64,000 nucleotides of DNA from positions 3,104,001 through 3,168,000 of the forward strand of contig CBDCXM010000009.1 in NCBI GenBank assembly GCA_965223855.1, read 5' to 3'. The notes under the pieces are model-generated. The model was given only the letters and a program-made list of their open reading frames with translations. It did no database searches and had not been told where the DNA came from. The position numbers and the translations under genes were made by a program. This DNA comes from Candidatus Multivoradales bacterium (GTDB lineage Bacteria; Acidobacteriota; Thermoanaerobaculia; Multivoradales; JAHEKO01). Below are positions 11,351-20,267 of this stretch, piece by piece; position 1 is the first letter of the stretch; each line of letters begins with the position of its first letter.

Positions 11351-11770
11351 ATGGAGACGAACGGTCGCGCCCAGGTACTGCTGCTCACCCGCGGTGAGCT
11401 CGCACGCGAGTGGCTGCGCGCCACCGAGTCGGTGTGCGGCTGCCCGCCCGACGGCATGAGCGCCGTGACACTGGCGTACGATTCGACTTGCGAGGAGGAT
11501 CGTAGCCATGTGCAAGACATTCTCCATAAAGTTCGCGAGGGTGGGCCGGTCCTGGTCCTTACCGACCTCCACGGCAGCACGCCGACGAACCTTGCCGTAG
11601 AGTTCGCCGAGGATCCGGGGATCGTCGTCGTAGCAGGCGCCAACCTCGCCATGGTGGTGCGGCTCGCCTGCGACCCGATGCGGGACCGCCCGCTCGACGA
11701 GCTGGCCGCCTGGATCTGCGAAAAGGGGCGCACTGCGATCCGGACCGTCTGCGGCGGGGCCGCCTCTTGA
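11351..11770 (+). CDS. PTS EIIA mannose/fructose-family protein (phospho-His apparently replaced by Arg)
   Basis: VLVLTDLHGSTPTN and GANLAM motifs of EIIA-Man; N-terminal LLTRG where THG is expected. Confidence 0.82.
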   Translation: METNGRAQVLLLTRGELAREWLRATESVCGCPPDGMSAVTLAYDSTCEEDRSHVQDILHKVREGGPVLVLTDLHGSTPTNLAVEFAEDPGIVVVAGANLAMVVRLACDPMRDRPLDELAAWICEKGRTAIRTVCGGAAS

Positions 11771-12036
11771 CCGAGCGCGAGCTCACGCTCACGAACCGAC
11801 TCGGCCTCCACGCCCGCGCCGCCGCCAAGTTCGTCAACGTCGCCGGACGCTTCGAGGCCGCCATCACGGTCGAGAGCAACGGCGACTCGGTCGAGGGCAA
11901 GAGCATTCTCGGGCTCCTGCTGCTCGCCGCGCCGGTCGGAAGCAAACTCGTCGTCCGTTGCGACGGGCGCGACGAAGTGGACGCGATGGCTGCGCTCGCC
12001 GAGCTGATCGAGGATCGCTTCGGAGAGGGCGAATAG
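11767..12036 (+). CDS. ptsH: Phosphocarrier protein HPr
   Basis: GLHARAA (His15) and GKSILGLL (Ser46) motifs. Confidence 0.95.
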   Translation: MTERELTLTNRLGLHARAAAKFVNVAGRFEAAITVESNGDSVEGKSILGLLLLAAPVGSKLVVRCDGRDEVDAMAALAELIEDRFGEGE

Positions 12037-12037
12037 G

Positions 12038-14026
12038 GTGGGGGAGCGACGCCACGAAGGGCGATCGATCGTCGCCGGATGCGCCGGAGGCCGCTTCGTC
12101 GCGATCGACCGCGAGCTGGACGAGATCTACCGCCTGGCGATCGAACCTTCCGACGTGCCGGCGCAGATCGAGCGGTTGCACCGCGCGATCGGCCTCGCGC
12201 GACAGGAGATAGAGCGCACCCGGCTGGCGGTGCCGGACCCGGTGTGCGACGACCTTGCGCCGATCTTCGACGCCCAGAAGCTCCTCCTCGACGACAGCGC
12301 GCTCCAGCGGCAGATCATCGGCCGCATCGAGGCGGAAAAGGTGAACGCCGAGTGGGCGGTGCGCGAGACCTTCGGCGAGCTCGCGAAGCGCTTCGCCGAC
12401 TTCGAGGCCGCGCACCTCAGAGAGCGGGCGCAGGACCTGCGCGACGTAGCCCGCGCCCTGCTGCGGGCTCTCGGTGACGATCAGGAGACCGGGCGCCCCG
12501 ACCTCGAGCGATTCGGCGAGCCGATCGTCCTCTTCGGACACGACCTCACCCCCTCCGACGCCATTCGCCTGGCACGTGCGGGGGTCGCCGCCTTCGCGCT
12601 CGAGATCGGCGGCGAGGCGTCGCACACCGCGATCATCGCGCGGGCGTTGAATCTGCCATTGGTCTCGGGCCTCGCCGGGCTGACCGACCACGACCTCGAG
12701 GCGGAGCGAGCCATCGTCGACGGCGATCTCGGGCTCCTGATCCTCGACCCCGAAGCGGCCACCGAAGCGCACTACCGGCGCCACGCGGCGGAGTCCGAGC
12801 GCCGCGAGCACGAGCTGGAGGGCGAAGCCGCGGCCGAGGCCCGCACGCTCGATGGCGAGTCGGTGCGGCTGATGGCCAACATCGATCTGCCCCAGGAACT
12901 CGGAGATGTCCGGCGCTACGGTAGTGAAGGGGTGGGGCTCTACCGCAGCGAGTTCCTGTTCATCGAGAAGAGCCCCGAACTGCCGACGGAGGAGGAGCAG
13001 CTCGCGGTGCTCCATGAGCTGATCGACGCCTCGGCTCCGCACCCGGCCGTGGTCCGTACCTTCGACCTCGGCGGGCGCAAACTCGCCAAGGAGGTGATCG
13101 AGACCCGGGAGGAGAACCCCGTTCTCGGTCTGCGCGGAATCCGACTCACCCTGCAGCGCAGCGAGATCTTCAAGTCGCAGCTCCGCGCGATCCTGCGCGC
13201 CGGAGCGCATGGCCGGCTGCGAGTCCTGCTGCCGATGGTGACGGGCGTCGCCGAGATCCGGCAGTTCCGGGAGATCGCGCACGAGGCGGCGGAGGAGCTG
13301 CGCGCCGAAGGCGCCGACTTCCGCGAGGATTTCCGTCTCGGCGCCATGATCGAGGTGCCCTCGGCGGCGATGATGGCGGATCGCATCGCCAGCGAAGTCG
13401 ACTTCCTCTCGCTGGGTACGAACGACCTGGTGCAGTACGCGCTGGCCGTCGATCGCAACAACGAACAGGTCGCCTACCTCTACCAGCCGCTCCACCCGGC
13501 GATTCTTCGCATGGTACGCTTCGTAGTCGACAGCGCGCGCAAAGCAGGCATCGAAGTGGTCGCCTGCGGCGAGGTTGCGGCCGATCCGAGAATCACTCCG
13601 CTGCTGCTCGGCCTCGGCCTCCGTCGACTCTCCGTCACGCCGAGGGCTATCCCCCGGATCAAGAAGAGGGTTCGAGAGGTATCTGCGGAGGAACTGGCCG
13701 CCGTCGCCGACCGTTGTCTCGATGCCGACTCGCCCGAAGACGTCCAGGAAGCTCTCAGGCAGTCCGGGAATCGAGGTCTGAGCCACCACCCACAACCACC
13801 ATCGACGCACCCAGACTCCGGAGATCTTCAGCATGCTAAAGCCCGTCGAGACCATCGACAAGCCGTGGGGATACGAGTTGATCCTCGCTCACACCGATCG
13901 TTACGTCGGCAAGATCCTGCACGTGGACGCCGGGCACGCGCTGTCGCTGCAGTACCACGAGAAGAAGGACGAGACCCTTTACCTCTATCGCGGCGAGTTC
14001 GAGCTGGTCGTCGAGGAGGACGGTGA
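12038..14026 (+). CDS. ptsI: PEP-protein phosphotransferase (Enzyme I); 3' end runs into next gene
   Basis: SHTAI phospho-His, GVGLYRSEF, RTFDLGG, NPVLGLRGIR, MIEVP, GTNDLVQY, CGE; homology appears to end near 13770. Confidence 0.93.
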   Translation: MGERRHEGRSIVAGCAGGRFVAIDRELDEIYRLAIEPSDVPAQIERLHRAIGLARQEIERTRLAVPDPVCDDLAPIFDAQKLLLDDSALQRQIIGRIEAEKVNAEWAVRETFGELAKRFADFEAAHLRERAQDLRDVARALLRALGDDQETGRPDLERFGEPIVLFGHDLTPSDAIRLARAGVAAFALEIGGEASHTAIIARALNLPLVSGLAGLTDHDLEAERAIVDGDLGLLILDPEAATEAHYRRHAAESERREHELEGEAAAEARTLDGESVRLMANIDLPQELGDVRRYGSEGVGLYRSEFLFIEKSPELPTEEEQLAVLHELIDASAPHPAVVRTFDLGGRKLAKEVIETREENPVLGLRGIRLTLQRSEIFKSQLRAILRAGAHGRLRVLLPMVTGVAEIRQFREIAHEAAEELRAEGADFREDFRLGAMIEVPSAAMMADRIASEVDFLSLGTNDLVQYALAVDRNNEQVAYLYQPLHPAILRMVRFVVDSARKAGIEVVACGEVAADPRITPLLLGLGLRRLSVTPRAIPRIKKRVREVSAEELAAVADRCLDADSPEDVQEALRQSGNRGLSHHPQPPSTHPDSGDLQHAKARRDHRQAVGIRVDPRSHRSLRRQDPARGRRARAVAAVPREEGRDPLPLSRRVRAGRRGGR

Positions 14027-14186
14027 GATGGTGCAGCGCACGATCAAGGAGGGCGAGTCGTACCACATCCCTCCGTTCACCAAGCACCGGATGATCGCCG
14101 GCCCGGACGGTTGCGACATCTTCGAGGTCTCGACACCGGAACTCGACGACGTGGTGCGGATCGAAGACCGCTATGGACGGAGCTGA
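13833..14186 (+). CDS. Cupin protein (mannose-6-phosphate isomerase type II C-terminal-like)
   Basis: KPWG, LSLQYHEKKDET, HRM, EVSTPELDDVVRIEDRYGR; GGAG SD upstream. Confidence 0.85.
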   Translation: MLKPVETIDKPWGYELILAHTDRYVGKILHVDAGHALSLQYHEKKDETLYLYRGEFELVVEEDGEMVQRTIKEGESYHIPPFTKHRMIAGPDGCDIFEVSTPELDDVVRIEDRYGRS

Positions 14187-15048
14187 CCGCCGGCCCGAGA
14201 TCTTGCGTGCCGCCCTTGCCGTCGGCTCCCTGCTGGCCGCAACGGGCCTTACGGGTTGTGGCGGACAGAAGGAGCCCGAAGTCGGCGAGCGTCCGACCCG
14301 GGCAGCTCAGGAGATCGCCGCTGCCAAGGCCGAGGCCGAGGCGACCGAGGCCGCAGACGCCGCTGAAGCTGCTGCGCCCCCGGCGGAGGAAGGCGAGAAG
14401 CCTGCGACGTTGGTGCTGCGGGAAGGTGAGCGCTTTCCGGCCGTCCGCGTCGAGGAACCGCCCGAGGAGGAACCTTCGCTTTGGGAGGCCTCCCAGGCCG
14501 AGCGGCGTCGCCGGGCAGAGTCGGGAACGTCGAAGATCGTCATTACCGACGAGAACCTGCAGGAATACTCGTCGAAGGGGCAGCTGACAGAGCTCATCAC
14601 GGAACCTCTGCCCGGAGAGAGCCTGGAGGCGGAGGTTGCGGAGGAGACGGAAGACCTCGAGACCTACTGGCGCGACCGGGTGCGCGACGCCCGTCTCAGC
14701 TGGCGCGCCGCCGCCGACAGAGTTGTCGAGCTCGAGAGCGAGGTCGCGCGCCTGCGCCATGAGTTCTACGCAGCGGTCGACGCCTTCTACCGCGACTCCG
14801 AAATCAAGCCGGCGTGGGACCGCGCAGCTCTCGAGCTGGAAAGGGCTCGCGCGTCGGTCGAGGAGCGGCGGCTCGAAGTGCAGCTCGTGCTCGAGGAGGG
14901 GGTGAGAGACGACGCCCTTCCCGGTTGGCTGCGCGAGGGTATCGAGTTCGAGCCGGAGGTACCGGACGAGCAGCGGCCGCAAGCCGGCGGCGAGCTCCCG
15001 ATCGTGGAGGCGATCGAGACGCCGATCGCCGAGGAGCCGCCGAAGTGA
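14173..15048 (+). CDS. Hypothetical lipoprotein, acidic, with coiled-coil region
   Basis: Hydrophobic signal ending LTGC (lipobox), Glu/Ala-rich, coupled between cupin and miaB. Confidence 0.65.
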   Translation: MDGADRRPEILRAALAVGSLLAATGLTGCGGQKEPEVGERPTRAAQEIAAAKAEAEATEAADAAEAAAPPAEEGEKPATLVLREGERFPAVRVEEPPEEEPSLWEASQAERRRRAESGTSKIVITDENLQEYSSKGQLTELITEPLPGESLEAEVAEETEDLETYWRDRVRDARLSWRAAADRVVELESEVARLRHEFYAAVDAFYRDSEIKPAWDRAALELERARASVEERRLEVQLVLEEGVRDDALPGWLREGIEFEPEVPDEQRPQAGGELPIVEAIETPIAEEPPK

Positions 15049-16436
15049 GCGGCACCGAAAACCCTGCCGCGCAGACTCCGCGCCGGTTCTTCGTCGAGAC
15101 CTGGGGCTGCCAGATGAACGAGCTCGACAGCCAGCGGATGGCGGGGCAGCTCATGCAGCAGGGGTTGCTGCCGACTCGCGAGGTCGGCGAGGCGGACGTG
15201 GTGCTGCTGAACTCCTGCAGCGTGCGCGACAAGGCGGAGCAGAAGGTCTACTCGCGGCTCGGTCAGTACCGCCTGCTCAAGCAGTCGCGGCCGGGGATGA
15301 TGATCGGCCTGTGCGGTTGCGTGGCTGAGCAGGAGGGGCAGCGCGCCCTCGACCGTGTGCCCGACCTCGACTTCGTGCTCGGCACTGCCCGCGTCGGCGA
15401 GCTGCGGGACGTACTGGCGCGACGGCGCGCGGGCGAGCGCCTCGTCGCTACCGGCTTTTCCGACACGCGCCACTACGAGATCGACGCGATCTCGCGCCAC
15501 GGCGAGTACAAGGGGATGGTGACGATCATCGAAGGATGCGACAAGAAGTGCACCTTCTGCATCGTGCCGCAGACCCGCGGGCCGGAAATCAGCCGCCCGA
15601 TGCGAGAGATCCTGCGCGAGGTCAGGCATCTGGTCGACTACGGCTTCCGTGAGATCGAGCTCCTCGGCCAGACCGTCAACCACTGGCGCCAGCCCGCCGG
15701 CGAGGAGGGGCACGGCGAGTGCGACTTTGCCGACCTGCTCGATGCGGTCGCACGGGTCGATGGGGTGGAGCGGCTGCGCTTCGTCACCTCCTACCCGCGT
15801 GACTTCAGCCAGCGGATGGTCGATCAGTTCGCACGGCACGAGAACCTGTGCCCCTACCTTCATCTGCCGGTGCAGTCGGGCTCCAACCGCATCCTGCGAC
15901 TCATGGCTCGGGGCTATACGGTGGAGGAGTATCGCGACCTCGTCGCGAGGCTGCGCGAGGCGCGACCCGATCTGGCCCTCTCCACCGATCTGATCGTCGG
16001 CTTTCCGGGGGAGACGGACGAGGACTTCGAGGCGACCCGCAGCCTGGTCGAGGAGACCCGGTTCGGCTCGTTCTTCGCCTTCAAGTACTCGCCGCGACCC
16101 GGCACAGCGGCGCCGAAGCTGCCCGATCCGGTCGACGACGTGACGGCGAGTCGCCGGCTGCAGGAACTCTTCGCCGTCCAGGAGCCGATCCAGCGCTCCC
16201 TCAACGAGGCGCTCGTCGGCAGCCGCCAACGGGTGCTCGTGACCGGCTGGGGCAAGGAGCCGGGAACGCAGGTCGGCCGCACCCCGTGCCACCGCGTGGT
16301 GCACTTCGCCGCCGCAGACCCCTCGGGAGCCGAGCCGGTGCGCACGGGCGAGTTGACCAACGTCGTGATCGAGTCGGCGCTGCCGCACTCGCTGCTCGGC
16401 CGGCTTGACCGTGTCGCGAAGGCACGCGCACAATAG
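15045..16436 (+). CDS. miaB: tRNA-2-methylthio-N6-dimethylallyladenosine synthase
   Basis: TWGCQMNELDS, NSCSVR, GCVA, radical SAM CDKKCTFC, HLPVQSGS, TDLIVGFPGET, C-terminal TRAM. Confidence 0.96.
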   Translation: MSGTENPAAQTPRRFFVETWGCQMNELDSQRMAGQLMQQGLLPTREVGEADVVLLNSCSVRDKAEQKVYSRLGQYRLLKQSRPGMMIGLCGCVAEQEGQRALDRVPDLDFVLGTARVGELRDVLARRRAGERLVATGFSDTRHYEIDAISRHGEYKGMVTIIEGCDKKCTFCIVPQTRGPEISRPMREILREVRHLVDYGFREIELLGQTVNHWRQPAGEEGHGECDFADLLDAVARVDGVERLRFVTSYPRDFSQRMVDQFARHENLCPYLHLPVQSGSNRILRLMARGYTVEEYRDLVARLREARPDLALSTDLIVGFPGETDEDFEATRSLVEETRFGSFFAFKYSPRPGTAAPKLPDPVDDVTASRRLQELFAVQEPIQRSLNEALVGSRQRVLVTGWGKEPGTQVGRTPCHRVVHFAAADPSGAEPVRTGELTNVVIESALPHSLLGRLDRVAKARAQ

Positions 16437-16443
16437 GTCGGTC

Positions 16444-16941
16444 ATGGGAGACGCGCCGATCCGCATGGAGATCAAGGGTCTGATGCTAGACCCGAACTCC
16501 AACACGCCGATCGTGATCCTCCGCAACGAAGACGAGACCCTCTTCCTGCCGATCTGGATCGGGGTCTTCGAGGCCAATGCAATCGCGATGCAGCTCGAAG
16601 ACGCCAAGCCGGCGCGGCCGATGACCCACGATCTCTTCCACACGACCCTGAGCGAGGCGGGGCTCGCCCTCGAGCAGGTCCTGATCCGCGACCTGAAGGA
16701 CAACACGTTCTTCGCGACGTTGCGCCTGACCGGGGAAGGGGATCGCCGCCTGGAGATCGACGCACGGCCCAGCGACGCGCTCGCCCTTGCCCTGCGCTCC
16801 GAGGCCGAGGTGCTCGTGCTGCCTTCGGTGCTCGAAAAGGCGGAGGCGATCGAGCTCGTGCAGCAGATCGAGGGCGAGGACGAGCTCAAGAAGTGGCTGG
16901 CCGAGGTCGATCCCGACGATCTCGGCGAGTACCCGATGTAG
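16444..16941 (+). CDS. Bifunctional nuclease family protein (DUF151)
   Basis: LPIWIGVFEANAI, RPMTHDL, IDARPSDALALA. Confidence 0.93.
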   Translation: MGDAPIRMEIKGLMLDPNSNTPIVILRNEDETLFLPIWIGVFEANAIAMQLEDAKPARPMTHDLFHTTLSEAGLALEQVLIRDLKDNTFFATLRLTGEGDRRLEIDARPSDALALALRSEAEVLVLPSVLEKAEAIELVQQIEGEDELKKWLAEVDPDDLGEYPM

Positions 16942-17045
16942 GGCGCCCGCTCCTCTCTGATTCTCCGCTTAATCGACTGAAAACATTGCACTTGCACCCG
17001 ATGTCGGCGCGCCGACATCGTCGCAGGGCCCTGTCGCGCGGTTTC

Positions 17046-17074
17046 TTGACCCCTCCGGGGGCATGTCCTACACT
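17046..17074 (+). promoter_or_regulatory. Putative sigma70 promoter of parAB
   Basis: TTGACC (17046-17051), 17 bp, TACACT (17069-17074), ~30 nt before parA ATG. Confidence 0.55.
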
Positions 17075-17103
17075 GGCGGCGCTCGAATGAGACCGCGCAC
17101 CGC

Positions 17104-17862
17104 ATGATCCTCGCCATCGCCAACCAGAAGGGCGGAGTCGGCAAGACGACGACGGCGATCAACGTCGCGGCGGCCATGGCCTCGAAGGGGCTCAAGACCC
17201 TGCTGATCGACCTCGATCCGCAGGCGAACAGCTCGATGACGTTCCTGCCGCCAGAGCAGGTAGGGAAGACCGTCTACGACGCGCTCTCCGACGACGCGAC
17301 GAGCCTCGAGGAGGTGACCTACCGGGTCAGCGACCTGCAGAGCCTTTGGGTGGCACCCTCGTCGATCGCGCTCGCCAAGATCGAGGCGAAGCTGATCGGC
17401 GAGTTCGACAGCTACTACCGGCTGCAAGACAAGCTGGGGCCGGTGCGGGGCGACTACGACTACATCGTCATCGACACGCCGCCGACGCTCGGCATCATCA
17501 CCGTCAACGCCCTCGTGGCATCGACGCACATTCTGATCCCGATCCAGGCGTCCTACTTCGCGCTCGAGGGGACCGACGACCTTCTGGAGACGATCGACAA
17601 GATCAAGGCTCGGGCGAATCCCGAGTTGCAGATCCTCGGCGCGGTGCTGACCCTGTTCGACAAGCGCACCAACCTTTCCAAGGACGTGCGTGAACAGGTG
17701 GAGGAGGTCTTCGGCGACAAGGTTTTCGACACCGCGATTTCGAGGAGCGTCCGGCTCGAAGAGAGCCCCGCCTACCGGGAGTCGATCTTCAGCTTCGCGC
17801 CCAAGTCGAGCGGAGCGTTCGAGTACTACAAGCTTTCCGAGGAGATTCTCAGCCGCGTCTAG
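17104..17862 (+). CDS. parA: ParA/Soj family ATPase
   Basis: Deviant Walker A NQKGGVGKTT, IDLDPQAN, IDTPP, VRLEESP. Confidence 0.93.
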   Translation: MILAIANQKGGVGKTTTAINVAAAMASKGLKTLLIDLDPQANSSMTFLPPEQVGKTVYDALSDDATSLEEVTYRVSDLQSLWVAPSSIALAKIEAKLIGEFDSYYRLQDKLGPVRGDYDYIVIDTPPTLGIITVNALVASTHILIPIQASYFALEGTDDLLETIDKIKARANPELQILGAVLTLFDKRTNLSKDVREQVEEVFGDKVFDTAISRSVRLEESPAYRESIFSFAPKSSGAFEYYKLSEEILSRV

Positions 17863-17900
17863 CGGCCGTGACCGCCCTCCGGAAAGAGGGGGAAGCAACC

Positions 17901-18815
17901 ATGAGCGATTCGCGAGACGACCGCCGCGGCCTGCCGTCGCGACTGAAGATGCGGCACGACACTCACTTCGTCGAGGAGCTCGCCAGCCGCCACGTCGATC
18001 CGATCGGCCAGCGGGTCGACATCGGCAGAGTAGAGCCCGATCCCGACCAGCCGCGCAGCCGGATGGGGGAGCTGGACGACCTCGTCTCCTCGATCCGCGA
18101 GAAGGGGATCCTCGAGCCGATCCTGGTGCGCGAAGTGAGTGGGGGAGAGCCGGGCATCGACTACCGGATCATCTCGGGGGAGCGACGCTATCGCGCTGCG
18201 CTCGAGGCCGAGCTCACCGACCTGCCGGTGATCGTCCTCGACGTCGACCCCGACGAGGCGCTCGAGATCGCGCTGATCGAGAACCTCCAGCGCAAGGACC
18301 TCACGCCGTTCGAGGAGGCGCAAGGCTTCCACGCACTGGCCGAGCGACACCAGTACACCCATCAGGAGATCGCCTCGGCGGTCGGGCGCTCGCGCAGTCT
18401 CGTCTCCGAGACGCTGAAGTTGCTCGAAATGCCGGAAGACGTGCGGCGGATGGCGGAGCGGCACGAGGTTCTGTCGCGCTCGATGCTCCTCGAGATCCTC
18501 AAGGCCTCCGGCGGCGACGAGGAGGCGATGCTGCGGCTCATCGAGCAGGCGGCACACGGCACACTGCGGCGCGACGACGTTCGCGACGAGATCCGCAGCC
18601 GGAAGCCCCGCGCCAGCGCCCGCAGAAAGCCCTACACCTTCAAGTTCCGAGACCCGGAGAAGAGCTTCCACCTGGCGCTGTCGTTCCGCCGCAGCGAGGT
18701 CGAGCGGTCCGACCTGATCTCGGCCCTGGAGCAAATTCTCGGGGAGCTGCGCCGCGCCGAGGTGGACGATGTCGGCCCGGCAGCCTTCGGCGGGGAAGAG
18801 CGCGAGGAAGAGTAG
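17901..18815 (+). CDS. parB: ParB/Spo0J family partition protein
   Basis: QPR, GILEPILVR, GERRYRAA (CTP-binding), ENLQRKDL, HTH QEIASAVGRSRSLVS. Confidence 0.92.
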   Translation: MSDSRDDRRGLPSRLKMRHDTHFVEELASRHVDPIGQRVDIGRVEPDPDQPRSRMGELDDLVSSIREKGILEPILVREVSGGEPGIDYRIISGERRYRAALEAELTDLPVIVLDVDPDEALEIALIENLQRKDLTPFEEAQGFHALAERHQYTHQEIASAVGRSRSLVSETLKLLEMPEDVRRMAERHEVLSRSMLLEILKASGGDEEAMLRLIEQAAHGTLRRDDVRDEIRSRKPRASARRKPYTFKFRDPEKSFHLALSFRRSEVERSDLISALEQILGELRRAEVDDVGPAAFGGEEREEE

Positions 18816-18933
18816 CGGCCGGCGCGGCATCCCCGCGTGGTCACGGTCCCGGCGCGCCAGGCTCGCGATCGTGCTCGCGGCCGCCCTGCTCGCCGCCATG
18901 GCGGAACGAGGCTCGACCGAGAGCGGTCCCGAG

Positions 18934-19557
18934 ATGCCCCCTCCTGAGATCGATCACCTCCTCTACGCCTGCCCCGACCTCGAGAGGGGGATGGACGAGA
19001 TCGAATCCCTACTCGGCGTCAGGCCGTTCCCGGGAGGCCGTCATTCTCGATACGGCACCCACAACGCCCTGGTGTCCCTGGGCAAGGGCGTCTACCTGGA
19101 AGTCATCGCACGCGACCCGGAACTCGAGGCTCCCGAACGAGGAGCGCTCGTAGAGGTCGAGGGCCCCTGCCGGCTTCTGACGTGGGCAGCGGGGACGGCG
19201 CACATCGAGTCGACAGCTGCGGCCGCGCAGCAGGCAGGTATCGGCCTGGGCAGCGTCGAAGAGGGGAGCCGGGAAAGGCCGGACGGCAGCCTCCTTCGCT
19301 GGCGGCTGACCGATCCCTACGCCATGCCCCTGGGCGGAGCCGTCCCGTTCCTCATCGACTGGGGAGACACGACGCACCCCTCGACCGTCGCGCCCCGGGC
19401 AGGGGAGCTGATCCGACTCGAGATCGGCCACCCCGCACCTGGGGAGGTCCGCAGAGCGCTTGCCGCCCTCAGCATCGAGATCGACGTGGTCGAGGAGCAG
19501 GAAACCCGCCTGTCCGCAACGATCTCCACAAGCAACGGCCCGGTGGCCCTCCGCTAG
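18934..19557 (+). CDS. VOC/glyoxalase-like family protein
   Basis: IDHLLY, GGRH..GTHNAL, YLEVIA, PFLIDWG; start uncertain (upstream in-frame GTG/ATG exist). Confidence 0.85.
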   Translation: MPPPEIDHLLYACPDLERGMDEIESLLGVRPFPGGRHSRYGTHNALVSLGKGVYLEVIARDPELEAPERGALVEVEGPCRLLTWAAGTAHIESTAAAAQQAGIGLGSVEEGSRERPDGSLLRWRLTDPYAMPLGGAVPFLIDWGDTTHPSTVAPRAGELIRLEIGHPAPGEVRRALAALSIEIDVVEEQETRLSATISTSNGPVALR

Positions 19558-19621
19558 GTTGCGGAAGCCGCGGCTCGTCAAACCTTCCTGAAGACGCAGC
19601 CTCTCCCTACTTGGACTCTCT

Positions 19622-20218
19622 GAACATTCACCCGGCACTCGCCGAGGTAGCACTCGTCGAGGTAGCCCGGCACGAACCAACACGAGCGGTGGTGACGACG
19701 ACCCGATGAGTGGCGACGGCGATGGTCGAGTTCCTCGAGGGAGAGGGCGCTGGAAAAGGGCGTGGAGAAGAGCTCCAGGTAAGCAGGGACCAACTCAACG
19801 GAAGGTGCGAGCACAGCAGTCCCACCTCTTCCAGGCCTACTTGAAGCCCTTCGCGTGGACCGAGTTCCAGGCCTCAGGGTCCTCCTCGGGGAGGCCCGAA
19901 CATTCACCTGGCACCTACGTAGCAGGCCTACTTGAAGCCCTTCGCCTGGACCAAGTCTCAGGCTTGGGGGGCCTCCTCGGGAGGCCCGTACATCCTCACC
20001 TGGCACCAGGCCCGAACATTCACCTGGCACCTAGCTAGCGGCGTGGAGAAGAGCTCCAGGTAAGGAGCCAACCGAAGGTGCCAGCACAGCAATCCCACCT
20101 CTTCTACGCCTACTTGAGGCCCTTCTCGTCGACCGAGCTCCACGCTTGAGGCGCCCCTCCTAGGGGAGGCCAGAACATTCACCTGGCACTTAGCGAAAGC
20201 AGAACATTCACCGGGCAC
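19622..20218. repeat. Intergenic array of degenerate ~155-bp repeats and a 17-bp motif GAACATTCACCTGGCAC
   Basis: Motif copies at 19622, 19898, 19988 (variant), 20014, 20173, 20202; long units 19759-19916 and 20040-20190, partial unit 19923-20007; CCTCC-loop-GGAGG hairpins precede the motif. Confidence 0.88.
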
Positions 20219-20267
20219 CTAGCGAAAGGGCGCCTAGCGAGAGGCGGCTGCGGTCCCTTGCGGGTCT

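Noticed and set aside
19706-20038. 110-aa ORF in the repeat array (HLFQAYLKPF loosely recalls DUF4238 or RAYT motifs)
   Set aside because: Frame is not preserved in the sister unit and the resemblance is only a few residues; cannot be supported without a profile search
19909-20040. Sigma54-like TGGCAC-N5-TAGC at 19909 and 20025
   Set aside because: TGGCAC is simply part of the repeat, the -12 element is TAGC not TTGC, other copies lack the spacing and no + strand gene follows
19622-20218. CRISPR array interpretation of the 17-bp repeats
   Set aside because: Spacing is very irregular (about 26 to 276 bp start to start), intervening sequences are homologous to each other, the repeat is short and no cas genes are present
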